DNA from: Minisyncoccia bacterium
GTDB lineage: Bacteria; Patescibacteriota; Minisyncoccia; Phycocordibacterales; UBA9973
Length of the DNA stretch: 64,000 bases
Direction of reading: 5' to 3'
NCBI GenBank assembly: GCA_038244685.1
Contig: JBBRTD010000003.1
Location: 3,944 to 67,943 of the forward strand
Both the position numbers and the translations under genes were made by a program. Shown piece after piece: positions 39,501 through 48,763 of this stretch (position 1 is its first letter; each line of letters begins with the position of its first letter). The notes under the pieces were generated by a model. That model saw nothing but the letters and a program-made list of their open reading frames with translations. It had not been told where the DNA came from and ran no database searches.

Positions 39501-42500
39501 TTCGAATATGGAACAACAATAAGTTATGGAACAACTGTAAACGAAAGTGGTACATTTGGAATTGGATCATATACTAAAAATACTACAGGACTTACTTGTG
39601 CAACTCTATACCACTATCGTGCTTATGCAACGAATAGTAACGGAACAGGGTCGGGGAATGATCAAACATTTACCACAGGAACATGTTCTGGAATTTCAAC
39701 ATTAACAACAGAATCAGCAAATTTAATTTCATTAAACTCTGCAACTCTAAATGGAACCATTACAAATACAAGCGGTGAGAATCCAACAGTTCGCGGTTTT
39801 GAATATGGAACAACCATAAGTTACGGAACATCAACAATTGAAAGTGGTTCATTTGGAATTGGAGCTTATATAAAAAACGTTAATACTTTAACTTGTGGAA
39901 CTCTATACCACTATCGTTCATATGCCACAAATAGTGGAGGAAGCGGTTATGGTAACGATCAGACATTTACCACAGGAACTTGCTCTGGTATTTCAACGTT
40001 AACAACAGAAGCAGTATCTACTCTTACTTCAACTTCTGCTACATTAAATGGAACTGTCACTAATACAAATGGTGCTAATCCTACAATTCGAGGTTTCGAA
40101 TATGGAACAACAATAAGTTATGGAACAACTGTAAATGAAAGTGGAACATTTGGAATTAGTAGTTACTCAAAAGATATTTCTTCTCTAACTTGTGCAACCC
40201 TATACCACTTCCGTTCATATGCCACAAATAGCGTTGGAACAGGTTATGGTAATGATCAAACATTTACCACAAACAGTTGTACATACCCTGACTTAACAAC
40301 TACATATGCAACATCAATTGTTAAAACTGCAGCCACACTAAATGGATCTATTTCAAATACAGGAGGAGTAAATCCTACAATTAGAGGATTCGAATATGGG
40401 TTAGATACTAGTTATGGAACTCAAGTAAACGAAAGTGGTTCATTTGGAATTGGATCATACTCTAAAAATATTTCTTCTTTAACCTGTGGAACTCTATACC
40501 ACTATCGTTCATATGCCACAAATGCCAATGGTACAGGAAATGGTAATGATCAAACATTTACTACTGGTACTTGTTCTGGAACAATAGGATGGACGGCTCA
40601 ATATAATATAGGAGCAAAAACGTGGTGGGCAATTGCCTCTTCCACTGATGGAACAAAATTAGCAGCAACAGCCATAAGTGATTATATTTATACTTCTACA
40701 GATGGTGGTTTAAACTGGACGGCACAAATAAATTCAGGAATAAATGGTTGGTATTCAATAGCATCATCTTCTGATGGTAATAAATTAGTTGCAATTGGCT
40801 CTGACTTCAGTGGTTGGGGATATATTTATACATCAACAGACAGCGGAGTGACCTGGACAAAAAGAGTGAGCGCTGGTAATCGTACATGGGGTACTGTGGT
40901 CTCATCTTCAGATGGAACTAAACTAGCAGCAGCTGTTAATAATAGCGATGTATATACTTCTACAGATAGCGGAGCCACATGGACAGAAAGAACAGGAACA
41001 GGTTCACACTACTGGGGAACTGTTGCCATGACTTCATCTGCCGATGGAATGAAATTAGCAATAGTTTATTACAACGGTTTAATTCAAACATCAGTAGACG
41101 GTGGAGCAACTTGGACAGCCCAAGCAAATTCTGGAATGCTTGGATGGTCAACTATAGTTTCATCTGCTGATGGAAATAAATTAGCTGCAGCAACTTCCAA
41201 TAGCTATATTTATACATCTATTGACAGTGGAGTAAATTGGACCGCTCAAACTAATTCAGGAGCAACTCACTACTTTAGAAATATGTTTTCATCTCCAGAT
41301 GGTTCAATATTATTTGCCTTAGATAATAGTTCTACAAATAGCTATATTTATAAATCCATAGACAGCGGAGTGACTTGGACAACTGATGCTATTGCTGGGT
41401 CTAAAAGATGGCAAACATTATCCTCATCCTCAGATGGATCTAAATTAGCAGTTGCAAATTCGAGTGATTATTATATTTATACATATGGAGATATAAATAT
41501 GCCTAAGCCGACAGTAGATACAGCTGTTATTACAGGAGTAAGTACGGTAACACTTAATGGATTTGTTGATACAGATAACACAACTCGAGGATTCCAATAT
41601 GGACTAACAACAAGTTATGGAAATACAACAACAGAAAATGGAACATTTAATTATGGACCAATGACTGCAAATATTTCAGGAATTACGCCTGATGTTACTT
41701 ACCATTTCCGTTCGTATGCGACAAATTTATCTGGAACTGCGTATAGTGAAGACAATATATTTGTTCTTAAATACCAAAACTGGACACCAAATACTATTGT
41801 TGGCTCTCGTTATTGGAGTGCAGTAGCTTCATCATCTGATGGAAATAAATTAGTTGCAGTGGTTCAAGGTGGATATATTTATACATCAACTGATGGCGGA
41901 ACAACTTGGACAGAAAGAAATGGCGCAGGTTCCAGACAGTGGAAAGCAGTTGCCTCATCAGCTGATGGAACAAAACTTGTAGTGGCCAATGGAAGCAATG
42001 GCTTTATATATACATCGACAGATAGCGGAGTTAATTGGACACTAAGAACTTCTTCAGGATTATACTGGTGGATGTCACTTACATCATCATCTGATGGAAC
42101 AAAATTAGCCGCGACGACAGGGAATGGTACGGGATATATTTTCACATCAGCAGATAGTGGAGCAACTTGGGTACAACGTTCAGTTTCCGGTTCCCATAGT
42201 TTTAATTCAATTATTTCTTCAGCAGATGGAACTAAATTAGCAGCAACTGCTTACAGTGATTATATTTATACATCAACTGACAGTGGAGCAACCTGGGTGC
42301 AGAGAACAAATTCAGGTTCTCATAGTTTTTATTCAATTGCATCATCTGCCGATGGAACGAAATTAGCAGCAGCTAGTCATGATTTAAGTGGTTATATTTA
42401 TACATCAACCGACAGTGGAGCAACATGGGTAAAAAGAACAAGTGCAGGTATACGCACTTGGACATTAATTACTTCATCTTCCGATGGAACAAAATTAGCT

Positions 42501-45047
42501 GCAATTGATATAAAAACTTCGACAAGTACTGGCTATATTTATATATCAAATGATAGTGGAGCAAATTGGATAGCTGAAGCAAGTGCAAGTACTCGTGCTT
42601 GGACTTCGTTAACCTCATCAGCTGATGGAAGTAAATTAATTGCAGGAGTAAGTAGTAATTATTTATATTCTTATTCTCTACCAACTTCTCCAATTGTTAA
42701 AACAAACTCAGTAACACTTTCAACTGGAACATCTGTAACTCTAAATGGTCAAATAATAGATAATAAAGGTGACAATTCTACTGTCAGAGGATTCCAATAT
42801 GGATTAACAACAAGTTATGGAACTACAACATTGGAAAATGGATCATTCGGAGTCGGAACTTTTTCAACAAATCTAACAGGTCTTACCGCAAATACTACTT
42901 ATCACTATCGTTCTTATGCAACAAATTCACTTGGGACAAGCTACAGTGATGATGCAACTTTTGAAATAAAACCATTCGTCGAACAAATCACTTCTGGTAA
43001 GCATTATTGGTATGCAATTACTTCATCTTCCGATGGAACAAAATTAGCTGCAGTTGATTACGGTGGAAGTAGTACAGGAAGTATATACACATCAACAGAC
43101 AGTGGCGCCAACTGGACACAAAGAACAACTTCTAATTCACATAAATGGCTATCTATTACTTCATCTGCAGATGGAACTAAATTAGCAGCAGCTGCTTATC
43201 CTGGGTATATTTATACGTCACTCGATAGTGGAGTAACATGGGTAGAGCAGACAAATTCTGCATCATGTAATTGGAATGGGATTACTTCATCTACCGATGG
43301 AATAATTCTTGCTGCAATTGGAACTAATTGTATTTATACATCAGAAGATAGTGGTGATACTTGGACATCAAGGAATAATTCAGGACTTAACGGGGGAAAT
43401 TCAATTACTTCATCTTCAAACGGAATAAAAATGGCAGCAACTAATGGATTAGGTTATATATACATATCAGGAGATAGTGGTACAACTTGGACCGCTCAAA
43501 CAAGCTCAGGTTCACATACATGGCGTTCAATAACTTCATCTGCCGATGGAACAAAATTAGCTGCAATAGATTATCTTGGAACTGGAAGTGGTGGTTATAT
43601 TTATACATCAACAGATAGTGGTGTTACTTGGACGCAACAAACAAATTCTGGAGCTCGATATTGGATGTCAATTACATCATCGACTGATGGAACGAAATTA
43701 GCAGCAGTAGTTAATAATAATTATATTTATACCTCAGTAGATAGTGGAGTTACTTGGACACAACAATCAAGTGGAGGCTTACGTACTTGGTATTCCATTA
43801 CTAGTTCATACGACGGAATTAAAATAATTGCCGCAGCTTCAAATAGTAATATTTTTACCAATACTATTCCAGAAGTTCCATTAGTAAATACGCAAGATGC
43901 ATCTTCAGTTACGGTTAGTTCCGCGGTTTTAAATGCAACCATTGAAAACTTGAGCGGAGAATATCCAATCAGTAAAGGATTTGAATATGGATTAGACACA
44001 AGCTACGGAAGCACTGTTATTATAAATGGAGTATCAAGCCAGAGATCATATGCGATGGACGTAACAGCACTAGCAGAAGATACAACTTATCACTATAAAA
44101 GTTATGCTACAAATACTGTCGGAACAGGTTTCGGAGATGATCAAACCTTCACCACAGCTTCTGTAGAAGAAATAACATCTTTCGATTCAATACCAAATAT
44201 TACTGGAGGATTAGCAGGAAGCCCTACTTATGTAGATGCAGCAGCTATAATCGCAATATTACCATCATCCGTAAAGGCAAATAGTAATGCCGCGACAGTT
44301 CCTGTAACTTCATGGACAAACACTGATTTATATAATACAAATATGCCAGGAAGTTATACATTTACAGCAACACTAGGATCAATCCCTGTAGGATTTGCAA
44401 ACTCTGGGAACTTCACAGCAACGATAGAAGTAATAATTGGAGGAGTTCCTGTTACTGGTGGCAAAATCGAGATAAGAGGCGGTGGAGGTGGTGGATCTTC
44501 AACAAGTACAGTTTATATTGATCAGAAAAAGGATCCAATTCTTCCATCACTACCGAAGTCTGACCTAGAATTAAATTCTATAACAGCACAAGGATGTATA
44601 CCTGGAGGTTTATTCAGTGTAACAACAGGTAAACCATGTACAGGAATAACTCCAATTACACAAGAAGAAAAGACTACAACTGTTAAAACTATTATAGATA
44701 ATAGCCAAATAATAACTAAAACAATTACAGGATGCACAACAGGATCTTTATTCAACATAATATCAGGAGAGCCATGCAGTACAATAAATACAATTCAACC
44801 TTTAGACTCTGTATCTAAAAGCACCAGCTCTCTTGTCTTCACTAAATTGATTAAAATCGGAAGTAGAAGTGCTGATGTCAAAAAAATACAAACATATTTA
44901 AATGCAAGAGGTTTTGATTGTGGAATTGTAGATGGTTACTTTGGCTTCAAGACCAAAAGTAGTCTGATAAATTTCCAAAAAATGAATAAATTAACTCCAG
45001 ATGGAACAGTAGGGAAGATAACAATTCGGGCAATGAATAGTATTTAA
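36537..45047 (+). CDS. Giant (2836 aa) cell-surface protein: 5 blocks of BNR/Asp-box beta-propeller repeats alternating with 11 FN3-like domains, C-terminal Cys-motif and PG_binding_1 anchor
   Basis: About 35 S-x-D-x-G-x-T-W motifs on a ~42-aa period (YIYTSTDSGxTWT...SSxDGTKLAA). Eleven ~98-aa units ending ...YHYRSYATNSxGTGYGxDQTFTTGTCS. C-terminal GSRSADVKKIQTYLN...VDGYFGFKT...FQKMNKLTPDGTVG peptidoglycan-binding domain. Confidence 0.85.
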   Translation: MSSDGTKLVAAVFGGDIYTSTDSGATWTDRTGAGLRNWYSVSSSSDGTILMAANDDGWWASYIYTSEDSGATWTQQTGTGANHFWRATAISADGSKMVAVANNDNIYISNNTGSTWIKTDSSLITWTSVTMSSDGTKLAAVAGAPYQYGNPSYYVYTSIDGGTTWLEQTGSTKTSSRFSIASSADGTKLATADYGIYSSGDYINKSNDSGTTWSTQTTAGQRLWKSIATSADGSKLAAVAYGGYIYTYTPTLTSTITTDVNSSLTQTSTILNGTITNIGEENPSIRGFEYGLTTGYGTTTVDNGSFGVGSFSKDITSLSCGTLYHFRAYATNSGGKAIGGDQTFTTNPCTYPLLSTNSASSISLTGATLNGNISNIGQDNSTVRGFQYGLTISYGTTTTENGSFATGAFTSDIVGLNCGNTYHFRSYATNSIGTGYGDDLTFAASNCSSAGWVQRTSAGINPWMSVTTSADGTKLAATSNNNGNGYIYTSTDSGVTWTQRTGAGFKFWTSIASSADGTKLAAAVYNDYIYTSTDSGATWTQQTAPGIKNWMKIISSADGMILGAWNTSDGRFSTSINGGVAWTIQYGASSVGIGANVTMTPTGDKMAGSYDGNISYISTSSNSGVTWTKQLNSDERSWSGITISSNGTKIAVTSGGMSNLGYIFTSTDSGVTWTQRTSAGNLKWMDIASSSDGNTLIATTFNGYMYLSRDSGNTWIEQTSTGIKYWKDIYSSSDGSKFITIGCDTNCYIYTYEQAHLSTLDTNPATSILSNAATLNGYISNTGGEVSSVRGFEYGIDTSYGKNTIENGSFGIGAFTKNVSALICETTYHYRSYTTNGGGNSYGADQTFTTGTCSGIPVMLTSAASNISPTSVTLNGDITDIGLSSPTIRGFEYGLTTNYSASNIGNGTFGVGAFSKNVSALICGSTYHYRSFATNTTGTGYGQDLTFNTSPCIYPSLSTNTATLVTSISATLNGSISNTGGVNPTVRGFEYGTTISYGTTVNESGTFGIGSYTKNTTGLTCATLYHYRAYATNSNGTGSGNDQTFTTGTCSGISTLTTESANLISLNSATLNGTITNTSGENPTVRGFEYGTTISYGTSTIESGSFGIGAYIKNVNTLTCGTLYHYRSYATNSGGSGYGNDQTFTTGTCSGISTLTTEAVSTLTSTSATLNGTVTNTNGANPTIRGFEYGTTISYGTTVNESGTFGISSYSKDISSLTCATLYHFRSYATNSVGTGYGNDQTFTTNSCTYPDLTTTYATSIVKTAATLNGSISNTGGVNPTIRGFEYGLDTSYGTQVNESGSFGIGSYSKNISSLTCGTLYHYRSYATNANGTGNGNDQTFTTGTCSGTIGWTAQYNIGAKTWWAIASSTDGTKLAATAISDYIYTSTDGGLNWTAQINSGINGWYSIASSSDGNKLVAIGSDFSGWGYIYTSTDSGVTWTKRVSAGNRTWGTVVSSSDGTKLAAAVNNSDVYTSTDSGATWTERTGTGSHYWGTVAMTSSADGMKLAIVYYNGLIQTSVDGGATWTAQANSGMLGWSTIVSSADGNKLAAATSNSYIYTSIDSGVNWTAQTNSGATHYFRNMFSSPDGSILFALDNSSTNSYIYKSIDSGVTWTTDAIAGSKRWQTLSSSSDGSKLAVANSSDYYIYTYGDINMPKPTVDTAVITGVSTVTLNGFVDTDNTTRGFQYGLTTSYGNTTTENGTFNYGPMTANISGITPDVTYHFRSYATNLSGTAYSEDNIFVLKYQNWTPNTIVGSRYWSAVASSSDGNKLVAVVQGGYIYTSTDGGTTWTERNGAGSRQWKAVASSADGTKLVVANGSNGFIYTSTDSGVNWTLRTSSGLYWWMSLTSSSDGTKLAATTGNGTGYIFTSADSGATWVQRSVSGSHSFNSIISSADGTKLAATAYSDYIYTSTDSGATWVQRTNSGSHSFYSIASSADGTKLAAASHDLSGYIYTSTDSGATWVKRTSAGIRTWTLITSSSDGTKLAAIDIKTSTSTGYIYISNDSGANWIAEASASTRAWTSLTSSADGSKLIAGVSSNYLYSYSLPTSPIVKTNSVTLSTGTSVTLNGQIIDNKGDNSTVRGFQYGLTTSYGTTTLENGSFGVGTFSTNLTGLTANTTYHYRSYATNSLGTSYSDDATFEIKPFVEQITSGKHYWYAITSSSDGTKLAAVDYGGSSTGSIYTSTDSGANWTQRTTSNSHKWLSITSSADGTKLAAAAYPGYIYTSLDSGVTWVEQTNSASCNWNGITSSTDGIILAAIGTNCIYTSEDSGDTWTSRNNSGLNGGNSITSSSNGIKMAATNGLGYIYISGDSGTTWTAQTSSGSHTWRSITSSADGTKLAAIDYLGTGSGGYIYTSTDSGVTWTQQTNSGARYWMSITSSTDGTKLAAVVNNNYIYTSVDSGVTWTQQSSGGLRTWYSITSSYDGIKIIAAASNSNIFTNTIPEVPLVNTQDASSVTVSSAVLNATIENLSGEYPISKGFEYGLDTSYGSTVIINGVSSQRSYAMDVTALAEDTTYHYKSYATNTVGTGFGDDQTFTTASVEEITSFDSIPNITGGLAGSPTYVDAAAIIAILPSSVKANSNAATVPVTSWTNTDLYNTNMPGSYTFTATLGSIPVGFANSGNFTATIEVIIGGVPVTGGKIEIRGGGGGGSSTSTVYIDQKKDPILPSLPKSDLELNSITAQGCIPGGLFSVTTGKPCTGITPITQEEKTTTVKTIIDNSQIITKTITGCTTGSLFNIISGEPCSTINTIQPLDSVSKSTSSLVFTKLIKIGSRSADVKKIQTYLNARGFDCGIVDGYFGFKTKSSLINFQKMNKLTPDGTVGKITIRAMNSI
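38805..40572 (+). repeat. Tandem array of six ~294-bp FN3-like domain repeats with long near-identical DNA stretches
   Basis: Recurrent ggaactctataccactatcgttcatatgccacaaatag and caaacatttaccacaggaacatgttctgg segments at ~294-bp spacing. Confidence 0.7.
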
Positions 45048-45086
45048 TTCCCTAAAAAATTAACATATTAAATAAAACAAATTATT

Positions 45087-48000
45087 TTGAAAAAATTCAA
45101 AAACCTAAAATTAATTTTCTCAGTTTTTATTAGTCTTCTTATTATTATAAGTAATTTAAATTCGCCAATTTTAGTAAATGGTGAAGATAATTTTAATTAT
45201 AATATTAAAAAAGAAGTAGGAATAAAAAATTATGCCGATGGAGAAATAATTGTAAAATTTAAAGATGACAAAGTAAAATTAGATACAACTTCTGGTAAAT
45301 TAAAAATGGCAACTCTTGCCCAAGATAACTCACTTGAAAAAAAAGAAGACCTAAAAGAGAATAATATTTCTGTTTTTAAAATCAAAGATAATAAAACAGT
45401 AGAAGAAAAAATAGCAGAATTAGAAAGTGATCCAAATGTTTTGTATGCTGAGCCCAACTACAAACGTTATCCAAGTTCTATTAGTACTAATGATACTAGC
45501 AAAAATTTACTATGGGGTCTTGATAATACAAGCCAAACAGTGAACAGCGTTTCGGGCACTCTCGACGCTGATATAGACGGACCAGAAGCTTGGGCAATTA
45601 ATGAAGGGACTAATTCTTCTGTAATCGTGGCAGTAATAGATACCGGTGTTGGATTTAATCATCCAGATATACTTGCAAATATGTGGGATGGAACAAATTG
45701 TAAAGATCAGCTGGGTAATTTTTTAGGAGGATGTAATCATGGTTATGACTACGAAAGCAATGATAAGATTCCATTACCACTAAGTAACTCTCACGGTACT
45801 CATGTCTCTGGTACAATCGCTGCTTTAAAAAATAATAGCAAGGGTATCATCGGAGTTGCACCAAATGCGAAAATAATGGCAATTAAATTTGGCTTTACTG
45901 TTAATGATGAAATAAAAGCAATAAATTTTGCTATTAAAAATGGAGCAAAGATAATTAATGCTAGTTTTGGAGGTAGCTCATTTTCACAATCTGAGTATGA
46001 TGCAATGAATCTATTCAAACAATCAGGCGGAATTTTTGTAGCAGCGGCAGGTAACGATGGTCTCGATAACAATACAATTCCTGTTTATCCTTCAAGTTAC
46101 GATTTAGACAATATCATATCAGTTGCAGCAACTGATCAAAATGATAGCCTTGCGACATTTTCAGACTACGGAACAACTTCAGTTGATGTTGGAGCTCCTG
46201 GTACAAATATTTTAAGTCTTATTACAGATACTGATGGTTCTGATGAAAAATATGGATATGGTAATGGAACTTCTATGGCAGCTCCTCATGTTGCAGGTCT
46301 TGCCGCATTAATCTGGGGAATGAGACCATCTCTTACTTACATCCAGGTCAAAAATATTATATTAAGTACTGGCGATTCGCTTCCGTCCTTAAATACTAAA
46401 ACTGTTTCAGGAAAAAGAATTAATGCATTTAATGCCTTAAATTATGTTTTAACTAATTATATTACTTATCCAACTGCTACTATTACTTACTCAGATACTG
46501 ACTTGATTGTAAAAGCTGGAGATTCATTAACTATTACAGCAAATTTAAATGAACCTGTACTAGACTCTCCATCATTAAAAATATCTATTAGTGGATCAAA
46601 TATATTAGCCCCAACCTTAATGACGAAGGTTAGTAATACGCAATATACATATATATATACAGTTAAAGAAGGGGATGGAATAGCTAATATTAATCTATCT
46701 AATGCAACAAATGCCGAAGGAAATTCTATTGTCAGCATTCCAAGCTCTGGCTCTTCTTTTACTGTTGATAATACAGCGCCAACAATATCAATTAGTTCTC
46801 CATCTGCATTATTTACCAAATCTGGACCTATTACATACATCGCAACATATACAGACGCTACTTCAATAACATTAGCTGATATAGATGTAACCCTAAATAC
46901 TACAGGAGGAGCCACTGGAACAATCAATGTTTCTCCAAACGATGAGACAACAAGAAAAATTTCAATTTCAAATATAAGTGGTGATGGAACACTAGGAATT
47001 AGTATAAATACAAACACTGCCTCTGACATAACTGGTAATATATCCCTATCAACAAGCCCAAGTGAAATTTTTACAGTTGATAATACTGCTCCTTTAAATC
47101 AAGATATAGTATTCAGCTCGTCTTTAAACAAAAAAGGTAGCAGTTTAATAAATATTGTTTCTTCAGAAAACATAAATAATAATGTATGGATTGCACCAGA
47201 AGGAACTAATTTATTTACAGAAAGTTCTACTATAACAAAAGCCATCAACGGCACAGCTCTGAGTATCTTAGCCCCAGAAAGCGAAGGTGTTTATAAAATA
47301 TTTATAATTGATGAAGCTGGTAATATTTCTGCTCCATCTCTATCAACTCTAACCATAGATAATACTGCCCCTTTGATGCCTACAATAACATCAATAGCGA
47401 ATGATAATAAAATTAGTTATGAAGAAAAAAATTCTATTCACATAACAGGAATAGCTGAAGCTAACTCACTTGTAACAATATCTTTAACCGATAATATAAA
47501 TACAAAAGTTGGAACACAACAATTAATAAATAATAATACAAATTATGATATTGAAATTATAGGGTCAGAAGCTATTCCTTCGGCACTTATTGATGGCACA
47601 ATATACATTACAGCTACATCTACAGATGAAGTTGGAAATATTTCCCCAATAAATAATTTAAATGTTGTTCAATCTCCACAAATTATAGTTACAAATAGTG
47701 GAGGCGGTGGGGGTGGTGGTAGCTCGAGTTATACTACACCAACAATTAATCCAATTATAACAACCGCAATACCAACACCGTTGATTAGTCAAACTGCAAT
47801 ACCAGGATGTGACACTATGTCATTATTTAGTACAATCACAGGTAAGTCATGCGGAAATACAAACATAGCACCAATATTTAATACGGATACAAATAAAGAG
47901 ACTCCCGTTTTATATAATATTACTAAAACATTAAAACAAGGTAATAATAATAATGAAGTTAAGGTATTACAAAAATATTTAAATTCAAAAAGTTACTATA

Positions 48001-48146
48001 TATCGCTATCAGGTCCAGGTTCTATTGGCAAAGAGACAACATTATTCGGTCCTGCAACAAAAAAAGCGCTTATTAAATTCCAGAAAGCTAATAAATTAAA
48101 GGCTGACGGAGTAGCAGGAGCTATAACCAGAAGTCTAATTAAATAA
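45087..48146 (+). CDS. Secreted subtilisin-like (S8) serine protease with I9 propeptide, Ig-like (TVDNTAP) repeats and the same C-terminal Cys-motif + PG_binding_1 anchor
   Basis: Catalytic triad motifs VIDTGV (Asp), HGTHVSGTIAA (His), GTSMAAPHVAGLAAL (Ser). TTG start with signal peptide. C-terminal GGGGGGGSSS...GCDTMSLFSTITGKSCG...EVKVLQKYLN...FQKANKLKADGVAG. Confidence 0.85.
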   Translation: MKKFKNLKLIFSVFISLLIIISNLNSPILVNGEDNFNYNIKKEVGIKNYADGEIIVKFKDDKVKLDTTSGKLKMATLAQDNSLEKKEDLKENNISVFKIKDNKTVEEKIAELESDPNVLYAEPNYKRYPSSISTNDTSKNLLWGLDNTSQTVNSVSGTLDADIDGPEAWAINEGTNSSVIVAVIDTGVGFNHPDILANMWDGTNCKDQLGNFLGGCNHGYDYESNDKIPLPLSNSHGTHVSGTIAALKNNSKGIIGVAPNAKIMAIKFGFTVNDEIKAINFAIKNGAKIINASFGGSSFSQSEYDAMNLFKQSGGIFVAAAGNDGLDNNTIPVYPSSYDLDNIISVAATDQNDSLATFSDYGTTSVDVGAPGTNILSLITDTDGSDEKYGYGNGTSMAAPHVAGLAALIWGMRPSLTYIQVKNIILSTGDSLPSLNTKTVSGKRINAFNALNYVLTNYITYPTATITYSDTDLIVKAGDSLTITANLNEPVLDSPSLKISISGSNILAPTLMTKVSNTQYTYIYTVKEGDGIANINLSNATNAEGNSIVSIPSSGSSFTVDNTAPTISISSPSALFTKSGPITYIATYTDATSITLADIDVTLNTTGGATGTINVSPNDETTRKISISNISGDGTLGISINTNTASDITGNISLSTSPSEIFTVDNTAPLNQDIVFSSSLNKKGSSLINIVSSENINNNVWIAPEGTNLFTESSTITKAINGTALSILAPESEGVYKIFIIDEAGNISAPSLSTLTIDNTAPLMPTITSIANDNKISYEEKNSIHITGIAEANSLVTISLTDNINTKVGTQQLINNNTNYDIEIIGSEAIPSALIDGTIYITATSTDEVGNISPINNLNVVQSPQIIVTNSGGGGGGGSSSYTTPTINPIITTAIPTPLISQTAIPGCDTMSLFSTITGKSCGNTNIAPIFNTDTNKETPVLYNITKTLKQGNNNNEVKVLQKYLNSKSYYISLSGPGSIGKETTLFGPATKKALIKFQKANKLKADGVAGAITRSLIK

Positions 48147-48343
48147 TATATTCCTTGCATTGTTTTTATATGTCTGTTATAATAAGGAAAGTAGTTAGCT
48201 TATGTTTTGGTATTAGTTTCACATTCTTCGTGTTTTAAACATTGAGGTCTGTAAATGAAATCAGCTATGCGATTACATTTATAAATTAGTTTTCTTCAAT
48301 TAGACGATATGAAAGTATCCCTATGAGAAGCATATTGTCATAT

Positions 48344-48634
48344 ATGGCAAAAAAGTTGTATGTAGGTGGTCTTCCTTATAAGACTACCAATGATGAGCTT
48401 AAGTCTCATTTCAGTGCTGCCGGAGCTGTCGCTTCAGCAACAATTATCATGGATAAAATGACTGGCCGTTCAAAAGGTTTCGGTTTCGTAGAAATGGAAA
48501 ACGATTCTGATGCTGCTACAGCTATCTCAATGTTTGATGGTAAGGATTACGATGGACGTAATCTTACAGTTAACGAAGCTCGTCCTATGGAAGAGCGTCC
48601 ACAAAATGGTGGAGGTTTCCGTGGAAACAGATAA
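48344..48634 (+). CDS. RRM-type RNA-binding protein with Gly-rich tail
   Basis: RNP-2 LYVGGL and RNP-1 KGFGFVEM. C-terminal GGGFRGNR. Start ATG 48344. Confidence 0.8.
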   Translation: MAKKLYVGGLPYKTTNDELKSHFSAAGAVASATIIMDKMTGRSKGFGFVEMENDSDAATAISMFDGKDYDGRNLTVNEARPMEERPQNGGGFRGNR

Positions 48635-48654
48635 TTAACTTTATCTAAAACAAA

Positions 48655-48688
48655 AAATCCCCAACTCGCAAGAGTAGGGGATTTTTTG
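48655..48688 (+). terminator. Terminator after RRM protein gene
   Basis: aatccccaactc-gcaa-gagtaggggatt hairpin, then T6. Confidence 0.65.
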
Positions 48689-48763
48689 TATCTTTGACAT
48701 ATCTTAATATAAATTGTAATGTAAATATGAAATATTGAATATTAACATTGTAAAAAAGTTAGA

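Noticed and set aside
36537-45047. CRISPR array or mobile element explaining the strong DNA periodicity in 36.5-45 kb
   Set aside because: Repeats are about 126-bp and about 294-bp coding units in one long frame, with no short spacer/repeat alternation. No transposase, integrase or terminal inverted repeats were seen anywhere in the window.
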